Shown: piece by piece, positions 16,411 through 25,580 of the stretch | How positions within the stretch are numbered: the stretch's first letter is position 1 | Layout of the letters: every line of letters begins with the position of its first letter | Made by a program: the position numbers and the translations under genes | Notes under the pieces: generated by a model | What the model saw: only the letters and a program-made list of their open reading frames with translations | Told to the model about the DNA's origin: nothing | Database searches by the model: none | Origin: Parachlamydiaceae bacterium | Lineage (GTDB): Bacteria; Chlamydiota; Chlamydiia; Chlamydiales; Parachlamydiaceae | Reading direction: 5' to 3' | Assembly (NCBI GenBank): GCA_013698165.1 | Contig: JACCVN010000363.1 | Location: forward strand, 1 to 25,977 | DNA: 25,977 nt

Positions 16411-18191
16411 GCAAGAGTTTCTAATGCCTTATTAACCGCTTTAGAATAGTTGGAGTATTCATTTTGCAGGTCAAAAGGTGTTACATCATAGATGATATCT
16501 GGAGTGACACCTAAATTTTCCAGTGGGTTATTCCCTGTCCTTTGAGCAAAGGAAGCTGTGCATGAAAAAAGGCTCATCCCAAACAAATTAGGGTATGAGT
16601 ACATTTCGACATATCCACCTGCACCGCTTGTTCGGGTGCCAAAAAGAGTTGCTCTCTGATTGTCTTGTAGAATTGCAGGTAGAAAATCTGCACAGGAGAA
16701 ATCCAGACTATCGATAAGCATTAGTATCGGTCTGCTGTAGGTCGCAAATGGATGAGGTTTGGCTGCTGTAATACCATAGAGGTGATGTTGGTCAGTGATG
16801 TGATGGCCCGCATTCCATTGATCGATAACAAATTGAAAGTGCTTTATTGCTCCCGCGACGAAATCCATATCGACATTGTAGCCAGAGATAGAATTTCCAA
16901 AAGTTTCTTTTGCCGAGCTTTCATCATCGACATATGCCAATGCTTCCAAATAATTCAATGCTTCATGCACATCTTTTTGGGTGATTGTAAATGCGTGTGT
17001 CGGTAAGACTAATGGAGTCTTAGAGAGCATTGAAGCTATGGCGTAAGCAAAAAAAAGATCTCCCCCCGGATTACATACTTGATCGACCACTAGTGCGTCA
17101 GTAGACATTTCAAATTCTTTAATTAGATAGGCAAATTCTTTGGCATTGTGTTCATCTTGGACATCAAAGCTAGGAATGCGTACATAACCGATAGGTCTCT
17201 TCGTACTGGGATGTTCAAATATGTAAGCATTAAAAGTTGAAGGGTGTGAAGTTTTCCAGAGGATTTTCCCTAAGAGAGGAACATAGCTTTTAAAGTGGCC
17301 GATGGGGAAAAAATCATCGTCGATTATATCGTTGGTTTGCCCTCTGAGGCGGTTGATTTTTTTGTAAACATCTACAAAAGATTTGAAGTAGGGAGTTATC
17401 ATCGACTTATGAAAAACGGAATGAGGAGTGCTCTGTGCATCGCTTCCTGAGGAAATTAAGGCTTTATAATTGTCGGTAAATGGTGGAGAGATCTCTTCAT
17501 CACCGTAGAACCATTCCAAAGAGCCTTTTATTTGCCTTCCACGCCTTAGTGCTTGCAGGGGGACTTTTCCTAGTTGAGGGTTCTGACCATCAGCTCCAAT
17601 TCTCAAGGTTAATGCAATTTCTGCCAAGGCATTATCAGTGGAAGGCAATCCGCGGTTAAAGTGACGTGACCGAAGTTCATCGACCACTTCGCTGACGGGG
17701 CGATCGTTAAAGCTTATCAGTTCATCTCCAACTTTTAGATTCATTCCTCTTTCCCAGAGGAGTTTTTCATCGATCCATGAGACAAAGTAGCGTCCTTGGC
17801 TGCTTTTTACGCGGAAGGGAAGATAAGAGAAACTTGTCGAATGAAATACAGCTTTTACATGGTAATCATAGCAACTATACAAAAATTGCATTAGAATCTG
17901 TCGGCCATCATCTAAATTCATCGTATCGGCTTCCAGAACTTTACTTTTGGCTTTTGCGATTTGGTCATCCAGATCCCATCCAGTGAGTAGAAACTTCCAA
18001 TCTTTGGGTGCATATTTAATGCGGAAGGTATGCTTGATGCAATCAAGATTATCCAAGAGTTCTTGGGAGTATAAAGCTGACATACTTCTTGTATGTATGT
18101 CAGCTTTTTCAAATACTGGCATTTCACTCGCCAGCAACGGCAAAATCGATGCCGCTGCAAAAGTGGCGACTATACTTAACCAATATCTCAT
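16380..18191 (-). CDS. cpa: Chlamydial protease-like activity factor (CPAF, S41 family) with signal peptide
   Basis: N-terminal signal peptide, DYHV (catalytic His region), IGYVRIPSF, DQVCNPGG, DFSCADFLP (catalytic Ser), RTSGAGG, ENLGVTPD. Confidence 0.9.
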   Translation of the reverse strand: MRYWLSIVATFAAASILPLLASEMPVFEKADIHTRSMSALYSQELLDNLDCIKHTFRIKYAPKDWKFLLTGWDLDDQIAKAKSKVLEADTMNLDDGRQILMQFLYSCYDYHVKAVFHSTSFSYLPFRVKSSQGRYFVSWIDEKLLWERGMNLKVGDELISFNDRPVSEVVDELRSRHFNRGLPSTDNALAEIALTLRIGADGQNPQLGKVPLQALRRGRQIKGSLEWFYGDEEISPPFTDNYKALISSGSDAQSTPHSVFHKSMITPYFKSFVDVYKKINRLRGQTNDIIDDDFFPIGHFKSYVPLLGKILWKTSHPSTFNAYIFEHPSTKRPIGYVRIPSFDVQDEHNAKEFAYLIKEFEMSTDALVVDQVCNPGGDLFFAYAIASMLSKTPLVLPTHAFTITQKDVHEALNYLEALAYVDDESSAKETFGNSISGYNVDMDFVAGAIKHFQFVIDQWNAGHHITDQHHLYGITAAKPHPFATYSRPILMLIDSLDFSCADFLPAILQDNQRATLFGTRTSGAGGYVEMYSYPNLFGMSLFSCTASFAQRTGNNPLENLGVTPDIIYDVTPFDLQNEYSNYSKAVNKALETLAYPGYSLRSK

Positions 18192-18199
18192 GAGAGGCC

Positions 18200-20776
18200 T
18201 TATTCCTTTGATTTCATTCTTACGCGAACACTTTCTTTAGGCCCTTGGGCAGTATCCGGAGCGTGGCTGATCACTTCAGTGTCTACGAATACTAGCTTAT
18301 CATCTTCGACAGTGACAAGTGAGCGTCTGCCTTCATTTGGATGCATTAGCAGCTTTTCAGCTAACGGATCTTCGAGATATTCTTCAATAGTGCGACGCAG
18401 CGGTCTGGCGCCCATTTCGACCTGGAATCCTTTTTCAACCAGAAAGCTTTTGGATTTATCATCGAGCTCGATATAAATATCTTTTTTGGCAAGGCGTGCC
18501 TGAAGCTTTTTGAGTTCGATAGTGATTACCTGTAAGAGTCCTGCGCGGTCTAGAGGTCTGAAGATGATGGTGTCGTTTAAGCGATTGAGGAATTCCGGTT
18601 TGAAGCCTTTTTTTACTGCTTGCAGGATTTTCTCTTTAATATGTTCGTAGTCCATGGAGCTTTCCCCAGCTCCAAAGCCCATTTCAGTACTCTTCTTGAT
18701 CAAATCAGCACCCATATTTGAGGTCATGATAATGATCGTATTGCGGAAGTCGATCTTACGTCCGAACGAATCTGTCAGGCGGCCTTCTTCGAGAATTTGC
18801 AGAAGAAGGTCCATGACATCCGGATGCGCTTTTTCGATCTCGTCGAAAAGAACAACGGAATAAGGCCGCTGGCGTACTTGTTCTGTGAGTTGTCCGCCTT
18901 CTTCATGGCCGACATATCCGGGAGGAGATCCTGTCATACGACTGACAGCAAATTTCTCCATATATTCAGACATGTCAACTTGAATTAATGCATCTTCGCC
19001 GCCAAACATATTGATCGCTAACAACCGGGCAAGCAAGGTTTTACCCACACCTGTAGGACCTAAGAATAGGAATGCCCCGATAGGACGATTCGGGTCTTTA
19101 ATATCTGCGCGGCTACGGCGGATTGCTCGGCAAATTGTTTTTAGAGCTTCTTCTTGACCAATGATACTTTCTCTTAAAATTTCTTCCATCTTAAGAACTT
19201 TTTGAGTTTCACCTTCAGTCAGACGATAGAGAGGCACCCCTGTTTTCTTGGCGACAACTTTTGCAACATCTTCATCTTCGACGATCACTTCATGTTCTTC
19301 TTTGTTCGTTTCCCATTCAGACCGGATTTGTTGGAGCTGCTCGCGTAGATTTTTTTCTTTATCGCGTAGTTTTGCAGCTTTTTCATATTCTTGCTTGCTG
19401 ATCGCTTCTTCTTTAGCTAGGCGAACTTCTTCGATCTCCATTTCATATTTGCTGATATCTTGCGGTTGATTCATCATGGAGATGCGCATTTTAGCGCCAG
19501 CTTCGTCGATGAGATCGATAGCCTTATCAGGTAAGAAACGCCCATGGATGTAACGATCAGAAAGTACAGCAGCAGCGGTCAAAGAACTTGGAGTATAAAA
19601 ACACTTATGGTGTTCTTCATACTTAGTTTTTAGCCCTTGAAGAATCTCGATAGTCTCATCGACGCTTGGAGGGGCGATAACAATTTTTTGAAATCGGCGT
19701 TCTAAGGCGGCATCTTTTTCGATATGTTTGCGATATTCATCAAGCGTGGTGGCGCCTATACATTGGAGCTCTCCGCGTGAAAGGGCGGGCTTTAAAATAT
19801 TAGAGGCATCAATGGCGCCTTCGGCAGCACCGGCTCCAACGATCGTATGCAGTTCATCAATAAATAGGAGAATATTTCCATTTTTCTTGATCTCATCCAT
19901 GACTGCTTTGATACGCTCTTCAAATTGGCCCCTGTATTTTGTACCGGCAATCATCAGGGCTAGATCAAGAGTAATCAACTTCTTTTTACGGAGGTTGTCA
20001 GGGACATCGCCTTTAACAATGGCTTGGGCTAGACCTTCTACAATAGCAGTTTTTCCCACGCCGGCTTCACCTACGAGGACAGGATTGTTTTTGCGTCTTC
20101 GGCATAAGATCAATATCAGGCTTTCGACCTCATCTTTGCGTCCAATGACAGGGTCCATTTTACCTTCGCGACACATCTCTGTGAGGTCGTGGCCGTAGGC
20201 TTTCAGGGCAGGCATTTTGTCATTTGCTGAGGCCACAGCGGCTTTTTCGTAAGATTTTCCGTTGCCTTGCTGTCCACCAATCCCTTGAGGGTTAATGGGG
20301 CCGGGGAGTGGACCGCCCAAAGGAGGCAGCTGTAAGTTAAACGTTTCTAATTCTTTAAGGACTTCTTTCCTAACTTCTTTAAGATTGACATTCAGATTTT
20401 CAAGAACTTGAGCTGCAACGCCATCGGTCTGGCGCAGCAAGCCTAACAAAAGATGTTCAGTCCCGACATAGTTATGATTGAGATTAGCCGCTTCTTCGTT
20501 CGCGAATTCAAAAACTTTTTTTACTTTACCAGTGAGCGCGGGTTCTCCATAAACTTGAATTTCAGGACCATATCCAACAAGCTTTTCAACTTCTGCTCGA
20601 ACAGTTTCGAAATCAATATTCAGGTTGCGCAAAACATTTACTGCTACACCTTGGCCGAGTTTCAATAGTCCTAAAAGAAGATGTTCAGTACCCAGATAAT
20701 TGTGGTTAAGTCTTTGGGCTTCTTTTTTGGCCAATTTGATGACTTGCTTTGCACGATTGGTAAATTTGTCAAACAT
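18200..20776 (-). CDS. clpC: ATP-dependent Clp protease ATPase subunit ClpC
   Basis: [13 protein letters not shown]lp-N repeats, [22 protein letters not shown]-like M domain (YEKAAKLRD), [30 protein letters not shown]. Confidence 0.97.
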   Translation of the reverse strand: MFDKFTNRAKQVIKLAKKEAQRLNHNYLGTEHLLLGLLKLGQGVAVNVLRNLNIDFETVRAEVEKLVGYGPEIQVYGEPALTGKVKKVFEFANEEAANLNHNYVGTEHLLLGLLRQTDGVAAQVLENLNVNLKEVRKEVLKELETFNLQLPPLGGPLPGPINPQGIGGQQGNGKSYEKAAVASANDKMPALKAYGHDLTEMCREGKMDPVIGRKDEVESLILILCRRRKNNPVLVGEAGVGKTAIVEGLAQAIVKGDVPDNLRKKKLITLDLALMIAGTKYRGQFEERIKAVMDEIKKNGNILLFIDELHTIVGAGAAEGAIDASNILKPALSRGELQCIGATTLDEYRKHIEKDAALERRFQKIVIAPPSVDETIEILQGLKTKYEEHHKCFYTPSSLTAAAVLSDRYIHGRFLPDKAIDLIDEAGAKMRISMMNQPQDISKYEMEIEEVRLAKEEAISKQEYEKAAKLRDKEKNLREQLQQIRSEWETNKEEHEVIVEDEDVAKVVAKKTGVPLYRLTEGETQKVLKMEEILRESIIGQEEALKTICRAIRRSRADIKDPNRPIGAFLFLGPTGVGKTLLARLLAINMFGGEDALIQVDMSEYMEKFAVSRMTGSPPGYVGHEEGGQLTEQVRQRPYSVVLFDEIEKAHPDVMDLLLQILEEGRLTDSFGRKIDFRNTIIIMTSNMGADLIKKSTEMGFGAGESSMDYEHIKEKILQAVKKGFKPEFLNRLNDTIIFRPLDRAGLLQVITIELKKLQARLAKKDIYIELDDKSKSFLVEKGFQVEMGARPLRRTIEEYLEDPLAEKLLMHPNEGRRSLVTVEDDKLVFVDTEVISHAPDTAQGPKESVRVRMKSKE

Positions 20777-20887
20777 AACTATTTCTCTTTTGTTGCAGGT
20801 CTTGAGCCTGTAGACTATTAAATCTGAAGACTATTGCGAGAGGTTCATCGTACAGTGGATATTTTATCCGTAAGAGGCTTATAGCTG

Positions 20888-20916
20888 ATCTTATTCTTCC
20901 TAGTAGTTTTTTGCAA
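20888..20916 (-). promoter_or_regulatory. Probable sigma66 promoter of clpC(-cpa)
   Basis: Minus strand TTGCAA (20916-20911), 17 nt, TAAGAT (20893-20888). Confidence 0.5.
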
Positions 20917-20943
20917 ATCTATACTTTAGGAGGAACAAACACA

Positions 20944-20972
20944 TTGCATTTATATTTAGCCTGGAGTATAAT
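20944..20972 (+). promoter_or_regulatory. Near-consensus sigma66 promoter facing the ntt genes
   Basis: TTGCAT (20944-20949), 17 nt, TATAAT (20967-20972). Confidence 0.7.
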
Positions 20973-21067
20973 ATATGGCAAAAGAGCTGAAGAGTTTTTG
21001 TATTCAGTAAATCATCAGTCCAGAAATGAGACATCAAATCATTTAACCTTAGGTGTTTAGGGGATTT

Positions 21068-21226
21068 ATGCTTAGTTCAGGGGACCATTTCAATACCCTT
21101 CGAATCGCTTATCGACCTTCTGATCACACCGTAAAATTTCATGTTATCCAGTTTTTATCTATAGGCAGGTTAATTGCCCTGTTTCTTAGCCACGGCAAGA
21201 GCATTCTTTATGCCCCTCTAATATAA
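21068..21226 (+). CDS. Possible 52-aa upstream ORF in the ntt leader
   Basis: AGGGGA then ATG at 21068. Open for 52 codons. The TAA overlaps the TAAGG SD-like site of the first ntt gene. No recognisable homology. Confidence 0.25.
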   Translation: MLSSGDHFNTLRIAYRPSDHTVKFHVIQFLSIGRLIALFLSHGKSILYAPLI

Positions 21227-21235
21227 GGTTATTCC

Positions 21236-22834
21236 ATGGCAATGAGTAATTCGACTCCTTCCGAGTTCAAGGGTTGGCGACTTTTTTTATGGCCGATACA
21301 TCGGCAAGAATTAAAAAAACTCATCCCGATGCTGTTGATTTTCTTCTTTGTTTCCTTTGATTATAACATCTTAAGGACAATGAAAGACACCTTAGTGATG
21401 TATGCACCATCCTCTGGCGCGGAAGTGATCCCTTTCTTAAAAGTTTGGGCCATGTTTCCGGGCACTCTCCTCATGACATTCCTTTTCACGCGTCTATCGA
21501 ATAGATACTCTCGGCAAGTCGTTACATACATTTTAATGGGGATTTTTCTGGGTTACTTTGCGCTATTCATTGGTGTGATGTACCCATTTCGCGATGTGCT
21601 TGAGCCTTCTGCATTAGCCACTTGGTTGCAAGATGTTTTACCTGAAAGCTTCAGATGGCCGATTCTTATGTTCCGCAACTGGGTCTTTACCAGTTTCTAT
21701 GTCATGTCAGAGCTATGGAGCAATATCGTTTTCTTTGTATTATTTTGGGGTTTCGCCAATCAAATAACGCGCGTCAGTGAATCCAAACGTTTTTATGGAA
21801 TTATTGGTGTTGCTGCCAATGCTTCAGGTGCATTAGCCGGTCAAGCTTCTGTTTTTGTGAGCGGATTGGGTTATAATCCTAATCTCAACTTTGGCACGAC
21901 CAGCTGGGAACAAAGCATGCTTTTTCTAGTTCTAATGGTGATAGCTGCCGGGGGATTGATCTTATTTCTTTTCAACTGGATGTACCGACATGTTTTAAAC
22001 GATCCCATCTATTATGATCCTGCAGAGGCAATTGCCGAAGGGCGCATACAAGGAAAGCTATCGTTGCGCGAAGCTTTCAAATACTTACTGAGTTCCAGAT
22101 ATCTTATCGGTATTGCTGTTGTCGTGATCTCGTATAACGTTGTCATTAACCTTGTAGAAGTCATCTGGAAATTTGAAGTTAAAGAGCTTTATCAAAACCA
22201 GAGTGAATATAATGTTTATATGAACCAAGTGTCGACAATCATCTCTATTATTGCCACATTGTCCGCTTTATTTGTTTCTGGGAATGCGGTCCGAAAATTT
22301 GGTTGGACATTCACAGCCATGATGACGCCCGCCATATTGATGTTGACAAGCATTGCATTCTTCTCGTTCTTCTTCCTGAAAGAATCTTCATTTGATGGCT
22401 ATACATTCCTGATGGGCTTTACCCCGCTGATGATGGTCGTTTTTGCGGGAACAACCCAAAATATTTTATGCCGATCGGCAAAATACAGTCTTTTTGATGC
22501 GACGAAAGAGATGGCGTTTGTGCCATTGTCTCCGGAGTGCAAGATTAAAGGGAAGGCGGCGATTGATGGTGTTTGTTCTCGACTTGGTAAGACAGGCGGT
22601 TCATTAATCCACCAGGTGCTTTTATTGTCGTTGGCAAGCTTTACTTTTAGCGCTCCATATGTTGCGGGACTGTTATTTTTAATTATAACTATTTGGATGG
22701 TTGCAGTGAGGGTGGTAGGGACAAGCTTCAAGCAGCTTACACAAACGCCTGTAACATCTACTGATGCAGAAAATGAAAGGATCGCATTGACTAACAATGA
22801 ATTGGGATCGCAGATTCCAGTTAATGCAATTTAA
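21236..22834 (+). CDS. ntt: NTT/TLC-family nucleotide transport protein (resembles the non-ATP/ADP-exchanger group)
   Basis: LWPIHRQELKKLIPM, YNILRTMKD, GAEVIPFLKVW, FYVMSELWS, FWGFANQ, NLVEVIWK, KYSLFDATKEMAFVPL, KGKAAIDG, RLGKTGG. Confidence 0.95.
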   Translation: MAMSNSTPSEFKGWRLFLWPIHRQELKKLIPMLLIFFFVSFDYNILRTMKDTLVMYAPSSGAEVIPFLKVWAMFPGTLLMTFLFTRLSNRYSRQVVTYILMGIFLGYFALFIGVMYPFRDVLEPSALATWLQDVLPESFRWPILMFRNWVFTSFYVMSELWSNIVFFVLFWGFANQITRVSESKRFYGIIGVAANASGALAGQASVFVSGLGYNPNLNFGTTSWEQSMLFLVLMVIAAGGLILFLFNWMYRHVLNDPIYYDPAEAIAEGRIQGKLSLREAFKYLLSSRYLIGIAVVVISYNVVINLVEVIWKFEVKELYQNQSEYNVYMNQVSTIISIIATLSALFVSGNAVRKFGWTFTAMMTPAILMLTSIAFFSFFFLKESSFDGYTFLMGFTPLMMVVFAGTTQNILCRSAKYSLFDATKEMAFVPLSPECKIKGKAAIDGVCSRLGKTGGSLIHQVLLLSLASFTFSAPYVAGLLFLIITIWMVAVRVVGTSFKQLTQTPVTSTDAENERIALTNNELGSQIPVNAI

Positions 22835-22880
22835 TTGAGGTTTTAATGTTTAAATATATTTTATTTACAAAGGCATTTAG

Positions 22881-24476
22881 ATGTCTCTATCTATAGATTC
22901 TGCCCCTGAATTTGGAGCTTGGCGCTCGTTTTTCTGGCCTATTCATGGCTATGAATTGCGCAAGGTCCTGCCTATGGTGCTGATGTTAGTCTTGATTGGT
23001 TTCAACTATAGAATTTTGTATAATCTCAAGGACTCGCTTGTAATTACGACCTCCGGAGCAGAAGTGATCCCGTTCATCAAGATGTGGGTGCTGCTTCCTA
23101 TGGCCATTGTGCTGACAGTGGTATTTGCTAGGCTGACAAATAAGTATAGCCAAGAGCGTGTCTTTTATATCATGGTCTCGATCTTTCTCGTTTTCTTTGC
23201 TATCTTTACCTTTTTTCTGTATCCCTTTCGCGAAATTCTGCAGCCGCATGACATTGCTCGAGATCTTCAGGCGAATTACCCAAGTTTTAAGTGGTTCATT
23301 GCCATTTGTGATAATTGGATATTTACTTCGTTTTATGTAATGTCTGAGCTATGGGGTACAATCGTTCTGCAAGTGATCTTTTGGGGTTTTGCCAACGAAA
23401 TTACACGCGTTGATGAAGCACGACGTTTCTATAGCATTTTTAGTATCGGGGGTAATTTGGCTTCGGTCCTTGCTGGCATGTACCTTATTTTCTTTATTTC
23501 TTCCGATTCTATTTTTGATCTCAATTTGCAAACAGCATTAGAAATTGAAGAGATTAAAGAAGCTGATTGGATGCATAAATTACAATGGATCATGGGAATC
23601 ATTATTGCTTGCGGTATAGGAATCATGGCTTTATTCCACTGGACCAATAAGCATGTGCTTAACGATCCATGTTTCGATGGCCTGCATAAAATTAAGAAAG
23701 TCGCTAAACTGAAGGGCCGCCAATCGCTGCGGGAGAGCTTTAAATATCTTAAGAATTCTAAATATCTGGTTTGTATTGCTGTTCTAGTGATCAGCTATAA
23801 TCTAACTATTAATCTTGTCGAGATTGTTTGGAAGGACCAACTTAAGCAGCTGTATCCTGCAAAAGCTGATTATCTCTGGTTTATGAGCTGTGTGTCCCTT
23901 TCCATGGGGATTGTTTCTACTATTACCGCATTTTTTATGTCACATATGATTGCACGCTTTGGATGGACTTTTACCGCTTTGATAACACCTGTAACGATGA
24001 TGGTTACATCAATCGGTTTTTTTACCTTTCTGCTATTTCGCGAATCACTTGCTCCGATGGCTGTCGTCCTTGTAGGGACAACACCATTAGCAATCGCTGT
24101 ATATATTGGGTCGGTACAAAACTGTTTCAGCAAGGCTGCGAAGTATTCTGTTTTTGATGCGACTAAAGAGATGGCCTTTATTCCTTTGGACCATGAAAGC
24201 AAGCTTAAAGGCAAAGCCGCAATCGATGGTATCGGTTCGCGTCTTGGGAAATCGGGCGGTTCTCTGATTCATACCGGCCTATTAATGATCTTTCATACTT
24301 TAAGCAACAGCAGCCCCTATGTCGCTGCCATCTTATTGATCGTCATTCTTGGATGGACAATAGCCGTTTCCTCACTGGGCAAAAAGTTTAATGAGTTGAC
24401 TTCTACTAAACCAACAGAAAATGAAGAATCTGAGCCCAAAGCAGCACTTGCAACAGCTCAGCTTGTGGAAGGCTAA
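22881..24476 (+). CDS. ntt: Second NTT/TLC-family nucleotide transport protein (tandem paralog)
   Basis: FWPIHGYELRKVLPM, GAEVIPFIKMW, FYVMSELWG, FWGFANE, NLVEIVWK, KYSVFDATKEMAFIPL, KGKAAIDG, RLGKSGG. Confidence 0.95.
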   Translation: MSLSIDSAPEFGAWRSFFWPIHGYELRKVLPMVLMLVLIGFNYRILYNLKDSLVITTSGAEVIPFIKMWVLLPMAIVLTVVFARLTNKYSQERVFYIMVSIFLVFFAIFTFFLYPFREILQPHDIARDLQANYPSFKWFIAICDNWIFTSFYVMSELWGTIVLQVIFWGFANEITRVDEARRFYSIFSIGGNLASVLAGMYLIFFISSDSIFDLNLQTALEIEEIKEADWMHKLQWIMGIIIACGIGIMALFHWTNKHVLNDPCFDGLHKIKKVAKLKGRQSLRESFKYLKNSKYLVCIAVLVISYNLTINLVEIVWKDQLKQLYPAKADYLWFMSCVSLSMGIVSTITAFFMSHMIARFGWTFTALITPVTMMVTSIGFFTFLLFRESLAPMAVVLVGTTPLAIAVYIGSVQNCFSKAAKYSVFDATKEMAFIPLDHESKLKGKAAIDGIGSRLGKSGGSLIHTGLLMIFHTLSNSSPYVAAILLIVILGWTIAVSSLGKKFNELTSTKPTENEESEPKAALATAQLVEG

Positions 24477-24487
24477 AAAGCAGTTAT

Positions 24488-24643
24488 GGTCCTTTCACGC
24501 CTCTTGAAGGCTGGCGTGTGGCATTCATTGAAGAGTGCGGAGCGCCGGTTGAATTGATTGAGACCAAATTGACAGAGGGGCAAATTAAAACTCGTGAAAG
24601 TGAAGTTTTTACAATTCCAAATTCAGTCCAGAGGCTTGAGTAG
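24488..24643 (+). pseudogene. 5'-truncated remnant of a small VOC/glyoxalase-like gene
   Basis: Start-less frame GPFTPLEGWRVAFIEECGAPVELIETKLTEGQIK...RLE* ending with TAG at 24641-24643. RVAFIEECGAPVELIE fits the last two beta-strands of a VOC-type domain. Confidence 0.6.
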
Positions 24644-24646
24644 AGA

Positions 24647-25579
24647 ATGAAAAAGTGGTTTTTGTATTTTATAATTGTTATTTGTTTGACTGTCAAAGTC
24701 CATGGCTGGTGGGATGTTCCTCATATGCTGGTAGCGCAAATTGCTAAGGACAATATAGAACCCAAAACTTGTGAACGTGTAGAAGAGCTTCTGTCCTATT
24801 TCAAAGACCATTTTCCAAAAAGCAATTCCATTGTGACGGCTGCTTGTTTTCCAGATGATATTACATCTTTAGGCCTATCCGGCTTTAAAGTATGGCATGG
24901 AATGTTAACCCCTTATTGTCCTGACCACTATTTGTCAGAAGAGACTTTTAGCTGTATTGAAGCATTGGTTAATGATAACAATATTCTTTCAGGAATTAAC
25001 CAAAGCTTGAAAACTTTGCGTAATCCTTCCGCAAGTAAATGGGAAAAGTGTTTTCTGTTGAGGTTTTTATTACATTGCGTAGCTGATATTCACCAACCTT
25101 TGCACTGTATTCAGATGTATAGCAAGGAGTTTCCATCCGGCGATTTTGCTGGACATCGTTTTACAATCTCGGAAATGCCCTATGCTGATCTACATCAACT
25201 TTGGGATGCAGCATTTGGAATCGGATTTAAAAGAATGAAACGTCCCTTATCCGATCAAGATGCCCTCTGGATCAAAGAAACAGCAGATTTTATCGCGACC
25301 AATTTTCAAAATGAGATTTCTCCCCAAATTCATAATATGAATATCTCTGAATGGAGCCAGGAAAGTTATCAATTAGCCATAGATTTTGCTTACACAGGAA
25401 TTCAGCCTGGGGATAAACCTTCTCAAGATTATTTGGACAAGGGCGAACGCATTGCTTTACGCCAAATTGCCCTTGCAGGCTTTAGGTTGGGCACTCTTCT
25501 GGAAGAGCTTTTTGGTGAGGTAGCCTGCGGCGTCTCGCAGCAGGAGTCAGGGGTGAATGATGAGCTAAACATCAATTGA
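24647..25579 (+). CDS. Secreted S1/P1-family nuclease
   Basis: Signal peptide ending VHG/W21. Mature N-terminal W..H (WWDVPH), PDD, VWH, LLHCVADIHQPLH, DLHQLWD (Zn ligands), QIALAGFRL. Confidence 0.92.
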   Translation: MKKWFLYFIIVICLTVKVHGWWDVPHMLVAQIAKDNIEPKTCERVEELLSYFKDHFPKSNSIVTAACFPDDITSLGLSGFKVWHGMLTPYCPDHYLSEETFSCIEALVNDNNILSGINQSLKTLRNPSASKWEKCFLLRFLLHCVADIHQPLHCIQMYSKEFPSGDFAGHRFTISEMPYADLHQLWDAAFGIGFKRMKRPLSDQDALWIKETADFIATNFQNEISPQIHNMNISEWSQESYQLAIDFAYTGIQPGDKPSQDYLDKGERIALRQIALAGFRLGTLLEELFGEVACGVSQQESGVNDELNIN

Positions 25580-25580
25580 T

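Noticed and set aside
20120-20122. ClpC reads EVESLILIL where Arg is usual (AGC codon)
   Set aside because: It is a single substitution outside the Walker, sensor and pore motifs, and one base from an Arg codon. It could be polymorphism or read error.
20777-21235. CIRCE (HrcA) operator upstream of clpC
   Set aside because: No TTAGCACTC-N9-GAGTGCTAA-like inverted repeat is visible.
24460-24500. Programmed -1 frameshift fusing the second NTT to the VOC-like frame
   Set aside because: There is no slippery heptamer before the TAA (the A-run follows the stop). A truncation scar is the simpler explanation.
2288-24811. The many short ORF-track frames antisense or out-of-frame within larger genes (e.g. 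3708-3944, 6496-6840, 16109-16414, 19728-20198, 22399-22797, 23870-24214)
   Set aside because: They are shadows of well-supported CDSs or of the RNA candidate, with no independent coding signal.
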